A DNA stretch of 64,000 nt. Origin: Eledone cirrhosa. Taxonomy: Eukaryota. Positions 23,350-36,778 of this stretch are shown here, one piece after another. Under the pieces are notes generated by a model. The model worked only from the letters and a program-made list of their open reading frames with translations. It did no database searches and had not been told where the DNA came from. The stretch spans positions 26,288,001-26,352,000 of the forward strand of contig OZ024740.1 in the NCBI GenBank assembly GCA_964016885.1, in the 5' to 3' direction. A program made the translations under genes and the position numbers. Each line of letters opens with the position of its first letter. Position 1 is the first letter of the stretch.

Positions 23350-23699
23350 AAGAATGAGAAATAAGATAGATTGAAGGAACATGAGGGGTGGAATTAGAGA
23401 AAATGTCTTTAGATAAAAATAACAGGTCCAATATATATATATATGGATATGGATATATATGTATATACCACAACACCACCATCAATTTAACAGAAGACAT
23501 AAGCCCCCTTAATGTTTTAGGGCCTTAGACGCTCTGTTATTATGAAACTATTTTCTGTAGTATAGTAGTGTTTTCTCGACAAGTGCTTATTGTAAATTAT
23601 TTTTTATCAACGAGGCCAAGCTGTAGGATTGAACCCGAGAATCCCTGATCGAGAAACGAGCTTCTTAATCATATAGTCATGCTGCATCCACGACTTAAT

Positions 23700-24694
23700 A
23701 ATTGTTTCTACTTTTGGCACAAGGCCAGCAATTACTCAGTACATTACTAGTACTTTATTTTATCGACCCCGTAAGGATGAAAGGCAAAGTGAACCTCGGG
23801 GGGATTTGAACTCAGACCTTAAAGGGACGTAACTATGCTGGAAAGTATGGCGTGCGTCTCTCTACCGATACTGCCAATCCACCACCGTAACATGGCGTCC
23901 GACCCTCTACCGATACTGCCAATCCACCACCCTAACATGGCGTCCGACCCTCTACCGATACTGCCAATCCACCACCGTAACATGGCGTCCGACCCTCTAC
24001 CGATACTGCCAATCCACCACCCTAGCATGGCGTCCGACCCTCTACCGATACTGCCAATCCACCACCCTAACATGGTGTCCGACCCTCTACCGATACTGCC
24101 AATCCACCACCCTAACATGGCGTCCGACCCTCTACCGATACTGCCAATCCACCACCCTAACATGGCGTCCGACCCTCTACCGATACTGCCAATCCACCAC
24201 CGTAACATGGCGTCCGACCCTCTACCGATACTGCCAATCCACCACCGTAACATGGCGTCCGACCCTCTACCGATACTGCCAATCCACCACCGTAACATGG
24301 CGTCCGACCCTCTACCTATACTGCCAATCCACCACCGTAACATGGCGTCCGACCCTCTACCGATACTGCCAATCCACCACCGTAACATGGCGTCCGACCC
24401 TCTACCGATACTGCCAATCCACCACCGTAACATGGCGTCCGACCCTCTACCGATACTGCCAATCCACCACCGTAACATGGCGTCCGACCCTCTACCGATA
24501 CTGCCAATCCACCACCGTAACATGGCGTCCGACCCTCTACCGATACTGCCAATCCACCACCGTAACATGGCGTCCGACCCTCTACCGATACTGCCAATCC
24601 ACCACCGTAACATGGCGTCCGACCCTCTACCGATACTGCCAATCCACCACCGTAACATGGCGTCCGACCCTCTACCGATACTGCCAATCCACCG
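23700..24694 (-). mobile_element. SINE S1 with amplified 5' head
   Basis: S1 body at 23700-~23885, followed by tandem copies of its A-box region. Confidence 0.85.
23848..24694. repeat. 45-bp tandem array (~19 copies)
   Basis: Unit catggcgtccgaccctctaccgatactgccaatccaccaccgtaa. Confidence 0.97.
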
Positions 24695-25370
24695 TCCACG
24701 ACCTAATAATGTTGTTAATAGTAATGATGTTATTAGCGATAATGTTCGTTAAGATGAGAATGTTTACTATATTTCAACAGGTTTTTGGAGCCCACATTTG
24801 TAGGCAGCCGTGATGTTAGGGTTGCTTGTAGTTGGCTGTAGTATTGATGTATTTAGTGGTAGTAGTGTTGGACTTTGTGGTGGTATCACTAGAGATAATG
24901 TTATTGGTGTTGTAGTTGATAGTTCTAATGTTTGTGATTGCAGCGCTGGTAGTAAAGGCGATGCTACATGCAGTAGGATGATGGTAGGGTGATATGCTAT
25001 ATATAGTGTTCGTGTTGATGTTGGTGTTGCAGTGGCAGTTTTTTGGGAGATGGGTATGCTAATGATAATGGCATTTTTCATATTGTTTGTGAAGATTATT
25101 ACTGCTGCTGCTGGTGATGAACATGGCGATGATAATGATTATAGAGATGGTGCAGTGGCTTTGTAATAATGTGGAATACTAAAATGTAGGTGGAGTCGTA
25201 AATTGACACGTGGCAGCAATTGTGATAATAGAGCTTGCATAACATCCTTTGGAGAGACGGCAACGGCTTTGGTTTCACATTCAAGAAATAAACAGCATAT
25301 ATATATATATATGTATGTGTGTGTTTGTGTATGTATTTGTGTGTGTGCACGTGTGTGTGTGTGTGTATAC

Positions 25371-25410
<40 letters not shown>

Positions 25411-26207
25411 TGATATATATATATACGCACACACTAGATGTATATGTATATATATATATATGGTTGTGTGTGTTTATATGCCTATGCATGTATGCTTAAA
25501 TATCTCTATGAAAGTGTGTGTATGTGTGAGAGAGAGAGAGAGAGAAAGAGAGAGGGAGAGAGAGATAAAGAAAGAGAGAGAGAAAGAGAGAGTGAGAAAG
25601 AGAGAAAGAAAATGTGTATGTAAGTATGGATGTGTGTATATATACACAGAGAGATGTGTGCACATAAACATAATCACTTTCCCTGTGTAACTTTCGGTTA
25701 TAATACACACGACGTTCGCAAACCCTTCTTTGGTCGGCTGAACAAAGTCTTCAAACTGGAATGGAACATCCAACAGCGTGACTGCTCTCCACACTCCGCT
25801 GGACACAAGCGTGTGCAGTGAAGCGCAGATATCCTGTAAATAACCAACTCCATATCTTTCATTATGCTTAGCTAGCTAGGTTGTCTCACCTGATATGGTA
25901 ACGTAACTGGTGGTGGGTCTGGTGGTAGTGATGGTGCTAGACAAAGAATGGTATGGAGGGTTATGATATTTAGGAATCTGTTGGCGGTTGTGGTAATGGT
26001 GATGTTCGACACCGTCATAGATGAGGAAGGAAATAAATTGGTGGGGTTGATGTGAGGATGGGGTCGGTTCAGTTGCTCTTGGTGTTAGTGGTGGTTGTCA
26101 TAGAGGTGCTGTTGTTGGTATTAGTACTGGTTTTCACCGCTGCTTGTGAGTTAGTTTATTTATATATATATATTTATATATATATATTGACACACACACA
26201 CACACAC

Positions 26208-26311
<104 letters not shown>

Positions 26312-26476
26312 TGTGTGGGCGTGTAATAGAGAGAGGGTGAAAGAGAGTGAGTGTGTATGACTATAGTGCAGGCAGCTGGAAGCTAGAGGTTGAAACGCCA
26401 ATGAATGAAGAGATGCAGGGATAGATTGAGAGATTCATAGGTAGATAGTTAGAAATGGAGACAGAGAACTAGATAG

Positions 26477-26513
<37 letters not shown>

Positions 26514-26799
26514 AAGGGAGATAGAGAGAGAGAGAGTGACTGAGAGAGAGAGAGAGGGGGGGGGGGAGCAGGAGTGTAGGTAGGCAAGTAGGTTTGGCAG
26601 GATGTTATATATAGTTAGAGATATACTAGAATATAGCAAGCTATATACAAATGCAATACTTAAATATCCCATATATCGATAGGTAATTATTGTACAGGAG
26701 ATTTGGTACTTATAATACGTATACATATACCTATGTATGTATGTGTGTATCTATGTATCTATGTACGTATGTATGTTTGTATGTATGTATATATCTATG

Positions 26800-27366
26800 T
26801 ATGTTCTTCTGGTTTTATAATTTCACAAAGTTTTCCCAATAGAGAGAGAGTCGCTTTCTAACATAGACACAAGACTCTCTCATTGGAATTTACACAACAT
26901 CAACTAGGTAGATATGTATGCATGTCTGCATGTGTAGATATGGATGTTATTGTATGTGTGGATGTGTATGTTTTGAGTTGTATGTGTGCATGTGTATATG
27001 CTTTGCATCTGTACATGTGTATATGCAGTTATTAGATGCACAATTGTTGGAATGTTTTACATATTTTTACTGTTCCATTAATGGATTGTACTTGTAATTT
27101 CCTAACTAGTTGTGTTCTTTCTGTTCCTGTGAAGCCTAGCTTCTCAAGATTTGTATTGAGGCAGTTACTAACATACCCCTGTGCCCCAATAATCACAGGC
27201 ATAAATCTGAAGGTGTAATCAGGGTGGAGTATCTGCAGATTTCTCATCTGTTCTGATAAATATTCTCCTTTTCACTAATCTTTGATATTATATTGGCATC
27301 TGCTGGGCAGCTAATTTCCACTACTATGCATGCTTTCTTCTCCCTGTCCCATATCATAATATCATA
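26800..27366 (-). mobile_element. R4/Dong-like LINE 3' end (second copy)
   Basis: DIMIWDREKKACIVVEISCPADANIISKISEKENIY..RNLQILHPDYTFRFMPVIIGAQGY..KICKTFQQLCI. Same 3' UTR as 20372-20895. Flanked by (TATG)n. Confidence 0.8.
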
Positions 27367-27367
27367 A

Positions 27368-27398
<31 letters not shown>

Positions 27399-27496
27399 TG
27401 TATGTATGTATGTATGTATGTATGTATGTATGTATGTATGTATGTATGTATGTATGCATATATGTATGCATATATATATATATATATAATTTATGA

Positions 27497-28145
27497 TATA
27501 TTGCTCTGATTATTTAATTTATTAATTCCTCATTGAGCCACATCGTGAACGGTTGCCCCATATATATCTGTGACTTTATGTATATGTAAATCTTTATATG
27601 TAATAATCTCCCGTTGGGTTCAGATGCAATTTGGGCGATATTGGACTGCGCTTTCTAGCAACCAGCCTACTCGCCGTAAGCAACTAATCACATTCTTTCT
27701 AACTTGACCACTGCCACGTTACGATTCTTAGCCATTTTTTCAATCTATTTCTGGCGGGATCGCTTTGGAAAATTAACTGTCCTATTGAGTTTGTCTCCTG
27801 ATGAGTTCGATACTGGAGATTTATCGTTAATAGGATATCTGAAAATACGAACGAAACCATGGTAGGTATATAATTACGGTATATACGCATTTCTTCTAAA
27901 TTTAAATTTATACCTAATTGTGTATGGTTGACGATATATTTGGTCAGTTTCTACATGCTGTTGAAATGTTGGGTAAATACTCTATTGTGGTCTACCTCGA
28001 AGAGGCTGCTTTCGGTTATTTATCAAATATTTCTTCATAGGAGCCTTTATTCTTATAGCCTGGTTTAATTGATTTTTTATATGGTTAATTATGCTAATTG
28101 GGAGAGGAAATAGTATAAATTTTATCTAATAATTCTAAGGACATG
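27497..28145 (+). mobile_element. Family G copy with canonical-core HHR at 27793-27869
   Basis: CTGATGA gttcg..cgaac GAAA ccatgg TA gg. Palindromic helix III ACCAUGGU. Inserted in (TA)n. Confidence 0.8.
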
Positions 28146-28148
28146 ATT

Positions 28149-28228
<80 letters not shown>

Positions 28229-28258
28229 CAAATTAAATGAAGAAATATATATATCTTT

Positions 28259-28692
28259 ACACAAGTGTAGATACATACGAAGGCGTCTAGCCGATACTAA
28301 GTTTTGGTCTATGAAAGAATTAACAAAAGTCAACCCATACACATACACACACACACATATGTATATATCTATATATGATCGCATATTACGTGATAATTCT
28401 TCTATTTGAAATTTTCACTGATAAGGAACAAGGAAGAATGTTTCTGTCTTGATTTTTCTTTCTTGACTGAGGAAGCCTCCTGATGATTTGACATTTCTCG
28501 CAATGCTCGGAGTATTGTTATGTTCTCAATGAAACTGCAGTAGGGACAATAATGTAAGTACAAATATTTTTCTTATCTTGTTTGCTTTTCCCAGATATGA
28601 TTATATGACGCTCTAAATGGGTTGACTTCTGTTAATTTTTTACACAGACCAAAATTTAGTATCGGCTAGACGCCTTCGTATGTATCTATACT

Positions 28693-28696
<4 letters not shown>
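28259..28696 (+). mobile_element. HHR-bearing family D with inverted tail
   Basis: 28259-28338 is inverted relative to 28618-28696. ctc CTGATGA tttga..tcaat GAAA ctgcag TA ggg at 28477-28545, with palindromic ACUGCAGU. Confidence 0.75.
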
Positions 28697-28776
<80 letters not shown>

Positions 28777-28873
28777 TGTGCAGTATATTTGACAATATAC
28801 CGTATGTTTAAATAAAAACATTTAGAAGACCATACGCTATCAGTTTTAAAGTATTGACTATGCCACTTACCTC

Positions 28874-28962
28874 TTTTCGGCGAAAGAAGGGGGAGAAGCT
28901 GACAGTCTGTTTCTCGCTGGTTGGCGATCATCAGAGCCACGCAACCCTGCTTTCGCCGAAAA
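28874..28962 (-). ncRNA. Type I hammerhead ribozyme with 13-bp outer stem (family N)
   Basis: Minus strand reads ttttcggcgaaag..ggct CTGATGA tcgc-caacca-gcga GAAA cagactg TC agct..ctttcgccgaaaa. Core at 28897-28938. Confidence 0.88.
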
Positions 28963-29598
28963 TTATAGAAGCTGGATTCTTATAGAATTCTAGTAATAAT
29001 CAGGAGATGATTATACACACTGATTGCTTGTCCTGCAAAAATTAGGTATTAGGATTGGTGTTCTGAATTGAAAATGCAACTGGACACTTTCAGAACATTT
29101 ATTTTAAATAATTTTCCTGGTTTCACATTTGCATGATTTTTTAAAAGTTTGGTGTGATGCAAAGGTGTGTGGCTATGTAGTAACGATTATGTTCCACGTG
29201 TTCTTTGCTAAAAGTGAAGACTACCTTACGTCCCCGTTGATGTAAAGTCACCTGACTCTGACAGTCGTGTTTACTACTACACAAGGCGATGACCATCGGA
29301 GTAGTGTGGGGAGAGCTGAACCGAACTCGCCGTTCCAGAGAAACTAATTCCCTGCTGAAGACGCGATTATTAGCCAATTTCGTAAAGTTTAATAACGTTG
29401 TTTAATTTTTATGTAACGTAGTTCCATTTTGACAGCGCTAACAGATGATGTCGCAGAAACTAACGCATTTGTTCGGGTGCCGGAAAATCAAATTTTCTAC
29501 CCACACAAAATCGTTGTCTCATTAATTAACGTATAATTATCCATTTTAATATTCTTCGGTTCGTGTCTTAATGATACAGACTTAAGTAGATTATTGAG

Positions 29599-29790
29599 TG
29601 TTGGTAAATATGACAGAGAGGGTGGATGACAGAACTATAGATATGTTGGTAAATATGACAGGGGGGGGGGGGGTGATAGAACTATATATATGTTGGTAAA
29701 TATGACAGGGGGCGGTGATAGAACTATAGATATGGTGGTAAATATGACAGAGACAGGGGATGACAGAACTATATGTTGATAGTTATGACT
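29599..29790. repeat. ~43-bp minisatellite (4-5 copies)
   Basis: tgttggtaaatatgacag[purine run]tgatagaactatagata repeated. Confidence 0.85.
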
Positions 29791-30168
29791 GACATACCGG
29801 AGTCTTTGCACTTTTATATTGTATTAATGGTTTCTAACAAACATTCTTTTTGTTTCTGACTCTTTCCATCTCTCTGTATAAGTATGTATGTATGTATATA
29901 TATAAATGTATGTACGTATGTATGTATGTATGTATGTATGTATGCATGTATGTATGTATGTATGTATGTATGCATGTATGTATGTATGTATGTATGTATG
30001 TATGTATGTATGCATGTATGTTTGTATGTATGTATATTTGTATGTATGTATGTATATATGCATGTATATATATATAAATGTATACTTATATATATATATA
30101 CATACACAATATATATATACATACACTTATATATATACATATATGTGTATATTTGTATAATTATATAC

Positions 30169-30243
<75 letters not shown>

Positions 30244-31017
30244 AGTGTGAGTGTGTGTGTGTGTGGGTGTGTCTATGTTTGTGTTAGTGTGTGTATACAA
30301 ACACACAGAGAGAATGAGATAAAGTACATCAAATACAAACGAAAATAAAAATTATGGCGGATGTGTGAGACTGGAAGGAAAAGAGTACAACAAAATTTAG
30401 ACATAACAAAGCTAAAACAAAACAGGAAAAAGAAGCAGAAAAACTAGCTATAGCAAAGGTTGGAATATAAAGTGTTAAGTGGTAATGTTCGGGTAAAATG
30501 GTGAAGCGTTGGAACCTGAGCAGCTGCACAAGTTCACCGAAGCAAGGTGAATCCGGGATGAAATGAGAAAACTGTTCAAAGTGCGATACACCATCAGTCT
30601 TGTTAAAGTTCTGATGTTGCAGAGTCTGATCAAAGCTGATTCCTGGGAAACCGTTTCAACCAAGGAAAATTTGGAAGCAGTTAGATGCTGGATGTGTGTA
30701 TGTGGTGGGGTATGTCCTACTGGTTGTATATCTGCTGATGGAGGTGGGGAGGATAAAGAGGGAGAACAGGCACTAAATAAATAAACAAATAAATAAATAA
30801 ATATGTGTCAGATGTGTGTGTGTTGTGTGTGTCAGATGTGTGTGTGTGTTCAGATGTGTGTGTATGTTGTGTGTGTGAGATGTGTGATTATGTGTACATA
30901 CATACGTTCGATTGATCATAGATGTTTTATCAGAAACGATGATATATGCAGATGAAAGTGGTGTGTGGATATATATATATATATGTACACACATATATAT
31001 ATATATATATATATACA

Positions 31018-31062
<45 letters not shown>

Positions 31063-31143
31063 CAGGATAATATGTATATATATATATATTCATATATAAT
31101 ATGTATATATATATATATGTATTCATATATATATATATATATA

Positions 31144-31252
<109 letters not shown>

Positions 31253-31310
31253 TCATATATATATATATTAATATATGTACATACACATACATATAATATA
31301 TATATTTATG

Positions 31311-31388
<78 letters not shown>

Positions 31389-31718
31389 TATATATATATA
31401 TAATATATATGCATATATATGTATATATATATATAATATATATATATATATTTATGTATGTATGTATATATGTATGTGTGTATGTGTGTATACATACATC
31501 TACTTATGTATACAGCTATATTATGTGGGTATACACTATGTGTTATAAGTGTATGTGTGTATGTGTGGCATGTATTGGAATGTAGATATATGTGTTGCAG
31601 GATACTCTATATATCGTCAGCTATGCTTGGAAGATTTCTTCACTATGCTCAAGATTTCGACATGCTTCATTCAACGCGTTCGAGAAATTCACCTCTGATT
31701 TGATCTTGGACAACCCAT

Positions 31719-31787
<69 letters not shown>

Positions 31788-31789
31788 CA

Positions 31790-31831
<42 letters not shown>

Positions 31832-31886
31832 ATTATATATTATGCAATACTGTTGGCTTTTTGCTACAATGTTTTCTATACCTTTC

Positions 31887-31935
<49 letters not shown>

Positions 31936-31994
31936 CATAAATATATATATTATATGTATGTATATGTACATATATGCATATATATATATATATA

Positions 31995-32110
<116 letters not shown>

Positions 32111-32225
32111 TATATATATATATATATATATATCTTTATATATATATATTTCTTTCTCTCTCTCGTTGCCTCTCTCATCCTCTCTCAAGTCCTCTCTATC
32201 TCCGTTTCTCTGGTTATTTACCTAC

Positions 32226-32277
<52 letters not shown>

Positions 32278-32284
32278 GTATGTA

Positions 32285-35200
32285 AACACCTCCGTTCCCC
32301 GCGTGACCCCCCCCCCCCCCGACAACCCATCCCGCACCCTCATGGAAATTGTGCAGCCCGATACCCGGGACGCAGAGAGGTAAGTGCCTTTTCTCTTCAC
32401 CACCAACATGGCTATGCTAAGAGTAGGCCGTTTAAACGCGCGTGGCCTGGGCTCAACTTGGAAGCAAGCAATGCTTCTAAATGACCTCAGGTCACAACGT
32501 ATAGATGTGATGGTTATTTGCGAGGCCCGGATCAGCAACGTGCGACAGCTGGCCCCCACCTTTGATGACTTTGAGATGCACGCATCTCTCTGTCAGCCCG
32601 GAGGCGGGGGTGGGGTTGTCGTTCTGCTGCACAAACATCAGGGTCTCGCAACACAGACGGTACATTTGGACCATGATGGTCGACTAGTGGTTCTGGACCT
32701 TGGCAGTGGTGAAGGCGGAGCGTATAGGTTGGTAGCCGCCTACGGCCCTTTCGGGTCAATGCGGCCGGACTTCTTCCATCGTCTGGAGACATTTTTAGGG
32801 ACGTCCCGCTCCTTGCTATTAGTGGGGGACTGGAATGGTATCCTAGATGTACGATGGGACTACGTAGGGGCCTGTCCTGATAGGGATAGTTGTAATAGCC
32901 TCAAAGGGTTAATCGGTCGATTTGACCTGGCCGATAGATATCGACTAGATTTTCCGACTGCGCCAACCTGGACTTGGGCAAATCGCGGCGGATCATCTAG
33001 GTCGTACTTAGTTAGAAATAAGGATAAGGACTTTTTAAGTTGTCCAACAATGCGCATGGTTGGCTATTCAGACCACAAGTTAGTGAGCTGCATGGTCAAC
33101 CTTGACAGAACGCATAGACAGGGACCTGGTTACTGTAAGCTCAACTTGTCCTTACCGACAAGTAAGGCTTACAGAGACCGGATTAGCACTTTAGTTAAGG
33201 AGCGGTTGACGGGCGCCATCGTCAACAGCAGGTAGTGGGGACCTCTCGAAAGAGAGATTAGAGTAGTCTCAATAGAATTTAGTAATGAGTTAGCCTGAAA
33301 TAGAAATAGGAAGGAAAGGGAGTTGGTAGATAGTGTAGAAGAGGTAATTAGAAGCGGCGACGTGGCCAGAGTGCTAGCGTCGAGAACGGCCCTGGGCCAG
33401 TTCTTCGACGCGAAACACGAAGGCTGCATCGTCCGAAGCAAAATACGTGCTCTGGCAAACGAGGGGACCAAAGCTGTTAGCTGGGCCCGCGTGACAGAAG
33501 CCAAAATAGGGAGCAGATCCACTATCCGGTCTTTGCGAGACCAGGATGGACGGGTGATCCTTGAACCTAAGCAGATGTGCGAGGCTTTTCAAAAGCACTT
33601 TGCCAGATTGTTCGGAAGGGGCGGGGAGCCGGTTGGAGAGTGGACTTCGGTCCATACCTCGACCGCCTGCCGCGTCTCTCGGACAGGGAGGCGAAGTCCT
33701 GCGAGGAGCCGATTTCAGCCGCCGAGATAGAGGACGTGCTGAGCCAATGCGACAAACGTAAATCCCCGGGTCTCGATGGTCTTCCATACGAACTATATCT
33801 AGCTATGCCGGACTTGTTCCCCGATCTCCTCGAGGCGGTCTACTGCAACTTGTAATAGAACGGGAGAATTCCCTGTACTGTGACCAAGGGCGTAGTCACG
33901 CTAGTGAGGAAGGACGAGATAAATAATTTCAGGCCCATAATGCTGCTAAATACAGAGTTACAGATTTTGGCCAAGGTGCTAGCAAAGAGGTTGGCGCTTG
34001 TCGTGGGCAACCTGGTGGTAGATGCGCAGACATGTACTTTCCCGTCCAGGTCCATCCACGACAACCGCCACCTCATGCGATACATCATAGAGAGGGTTGG
34101 GAACGAACCCGGCTTTGGTGGGGCCCTGATCAACTTGGATCAATCTAAGGCGTTCATAGTGTCGACCATGGTTACCTGGATGCTGTGCTAGTGGCGGCAG
34201 GCTTCGGACCCGTGTTCAGTGGCTGGATCAATGCCATGCACAGCAGCAGCATCTAGGGTCAAGGTGAACGGCTACCTCTCGGAGCCGTTCGAAATCGCGC
34301 GGTCCATCCGACAAGGGTACCCTCTCTCCTCCCTTCTGTATGTAATGACCCTAGAGTCACTGCTGCGGAAGTTGGAGTTGTTGCAGGGCATCCCGTTGGA
34401 ACCGGCATTGCGGAAAGCGGTGTCGGCCTACGCCGATGACGTAACAGTAATGGTGTCGACGGCCTCGGAAATCGGGGCGGTCGGCACCTTACTGGAGGAG
34501 TACGAAAGGATTACAGGGGCTAAGCTGAACCGGGACAAGTCGATCGGTCTGCAACTCGGCAAGTGGAGAGGGAGATCGATGCCCTCCGATGTCGTCGTCG
34601 GGCGCTGGACGGAGGGCCCGGTGAAGTTGCTCGTGGTCTGGTTCGGACCAGACCTCCAGCTGGAGAAGAACTGGGGTGAGGTAACGAACAGGGTGTTTGC
34701 ACTGACCCAGAAGTGGGCCGAGTGCAAACTGTCCCTGAAAGGTCGGGCGGAGGTGGCGAACACTTATATAGCGTCCGTCATCTACAACCGCCTGACCTAT
34801 GTGCCTTGTCCAAGGGAAACGCTCGCCAAAATGGAGCGCGCACTCTTCCAATTCCTTTGGAAGAAGCGGGCTCCTATGGTGAGGAGATCCATCTGTTGTC
34901 AATACCCTTCGAAAGGAGGGCTGGGGATGCCGTGGCTAATGATACGTAAACACACATTAAGGCTACGGCACCTCCAGGTATTCCTCACCGGTCAACCGGT
35001 GTGGGCCCCGTTTGTGAGGCGAGCCTTTCCCAGACTCGTCTCACTCACCCAGCTGCAATCCTGGATCACGCAAAGACCGAGAAAACTGGGTGCCTGGCAC
35101 ACCGAGTGTGCCCAGGCGCTCACGGCTCTCTGGCAGGCGGACCCGGCTGTCAGTGGAGAATCCATCTCGTCATTCTATAGAGGGCTGGTGGTTAGCTGGT

Positions 35201-36053
35201 GCGACGACGCCCCGGAGAAGCCCTAGGCATGGAGGAAGACGAACTGGCCAACCTGTTCGGTAGGACATTCAGCCCAGGACCCATGGATAACTTCCAGATG
35301 TCCCTGGCCTGGCAGTGCTACAGAAGTGCTCTGCCCGTTCGAGAAAGACTCTACAGACACGGGCGCCCGGGTAGGGACCCTTCGAAAAAGATCTGTCCCA
35401 GATGCGTGTGCGACGAGGAAACCGTTGCACACGCATTGGTACACTGCTCGGGCGTAGCCGATCTGTGGGGCTATGTCGAACAACTGCTGTCAAGGGTTGG
35501 ACCGATCCGGTTGACCACCGAGTCTATTTTAACGATCAAGCCGCCTCCCCTCTTCAAAAACGAAGGAGAGACGGTGTTTCTGTGCGTAATAGCCATAGAG
35601 AAAGAGGTTGTATGGTGGACGCGTCTGAAAGGACTGGGGTCAGACACCTTTCTGTCTGGCCAACAACTGTTCCGTTTCTTCCGATATCATTTCGGAAGAA
35701 GGATCAGGATGGAGAGAGAGGTGCTGCACCCCAGCCGTTTTTATGAAAGATGGGTGTAAGTGGCGAGAATGGCCCGTGTGAATGGGCCTTCACTCTACAT
35801 CAGACTATATGTGAGGAAGATGAAAGACCAAGGGACTACCCCCTCTCTGTGCTCCTGAGGAGAAGGGTTGCACACTTTTTTTCGGGGGTGTGGGCGACCC
35901 CCCAAGGCGCCTCCTCTCTATTGAGGATTTTGTTATAAATTTTATTTTTATATTTTGTTATTGCCTCCTCCTTATTGAGGACGCCTTGTTATGTAAACTC
36001 CCCCATTGTACTTGTCCCACTTTTTGATGCCCTGGTGGCAAATAAAAAGAAAA
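32285..36053 (+). mobile_element. L1-group (Tx1-clade-like) non-LTR retrotransposon, 5'-truncated and decayed
   Basis: GC-rich island. Probable ORF1 tail (stop at 32383), then ORF2, 3' UTR, AATAAA and a short A-rich tail. (TATC)n on both sides. Confidence 0.92.
32408..35759 (+). pseudogene. ORF2 pseudogene: AP endonuclease, reverse transcriptase, CCHC zinc knuckle
   Basis: LNARGL, GDWN, SDH (APE); SPGLDG, NFRPIMLLN, LDQSKAF, IRQGYPLS, YADD at 34429-34440 (RT); CPRC..ETVAHALVHC. Several stops (33233, 33297, 33853) and frameshifts. Confidence 0.93.
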
Positions 36054-36078
36054 TTATCTATCTATCTATCTATCTATC

Positions 36079-36116
<38 letters not shown>

Positions 36117-36253
36117 ATATCTATCATTCTGTCTGTCTCTATGCCCGCCTGTATATCTCTATTTCTTTATACGCGCATGTATTTATACATATTTTTATCT
36201 CATGGAACGCCTATTTACGCATCAACTACTTAGTTTGCAACTCAGCTACATGT

Positions 36254-36289
<36 letters not shown>

Positions 36290-36332
36290 ACACACAGACA
36301 CACACAAGTATATGTATAGATATATATATATA

Positions 36333-36518
36333 TAACGAAGGAAATGTCATAAGGAACCAGGTGGACCATAACGCAGAAAAGTACTCGATACTTAGGGTAG
36401 TAGAGTGGGTAATAGGAACGAGTAGGACCCCGACGGCTGAGCTCAAGCCGTTTCGACGGCTTATTCAGAATTAGCCGTCGACATGGCTTGAGCTCAGCCG
36501 TCGGGGTACTACTCGTTA
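36333..36518. mobile_element. Fold-back family I
   Basis: One arm, then inversion at gacggct..agccgtc. Confidence 0.8.
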
Positions 36519-36689
36519 TATATATATATGTATATATAATTAGACTGGCCTGCGCCAATACTAGCCGAAACCTTTCAAAGTTATCAAAGTTACATACATA
36601 CATACATACATATACATGGACATGGTTATACGGAACAGGAAGTACAACGGTACGGTTGTCCTTCCTGTTCCATATAACCATGTCCATTA

Positions 36690-36727
36690 CGAGCTGAGGA
36701 TCCGCTAAGGTGAAACAATTGTTCTCG
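36690..36727 (+). ncRNA. Minimal type I hammerhead ribozyme (family E)
   Basis: cgag CTGAGGA t-cc-gctaa-gg-t GAAA caattg TT ctcg. Palindromic ACAAUUGU. Preceded by a hairpin with ~27-bp arms at 36616-36687. Confidence 0.8.
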
Positions 36728-36778
36728 GTATGGTGAACTAACTGTTGTGTAACCACTTTTATATATATATATATATAT

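Noticed and set aside
23819-24752. 279-305 aa repetitive ORFs
   Set aside because: Produced by a 45-bp (multiple of 3) SINE-derived repeat and open on both strands.
25680-25835. Possible minus-strand exon (tttacag acceptor, open frame)
   Set aside because: No recognisable protein similarity and no partner exons. Needs RNA-seq.
30475-30690. Complex-sequence island with short ORFs on both strands
   Set aside because: No motif recognised, so it cannot be told apart from a TE remnant.
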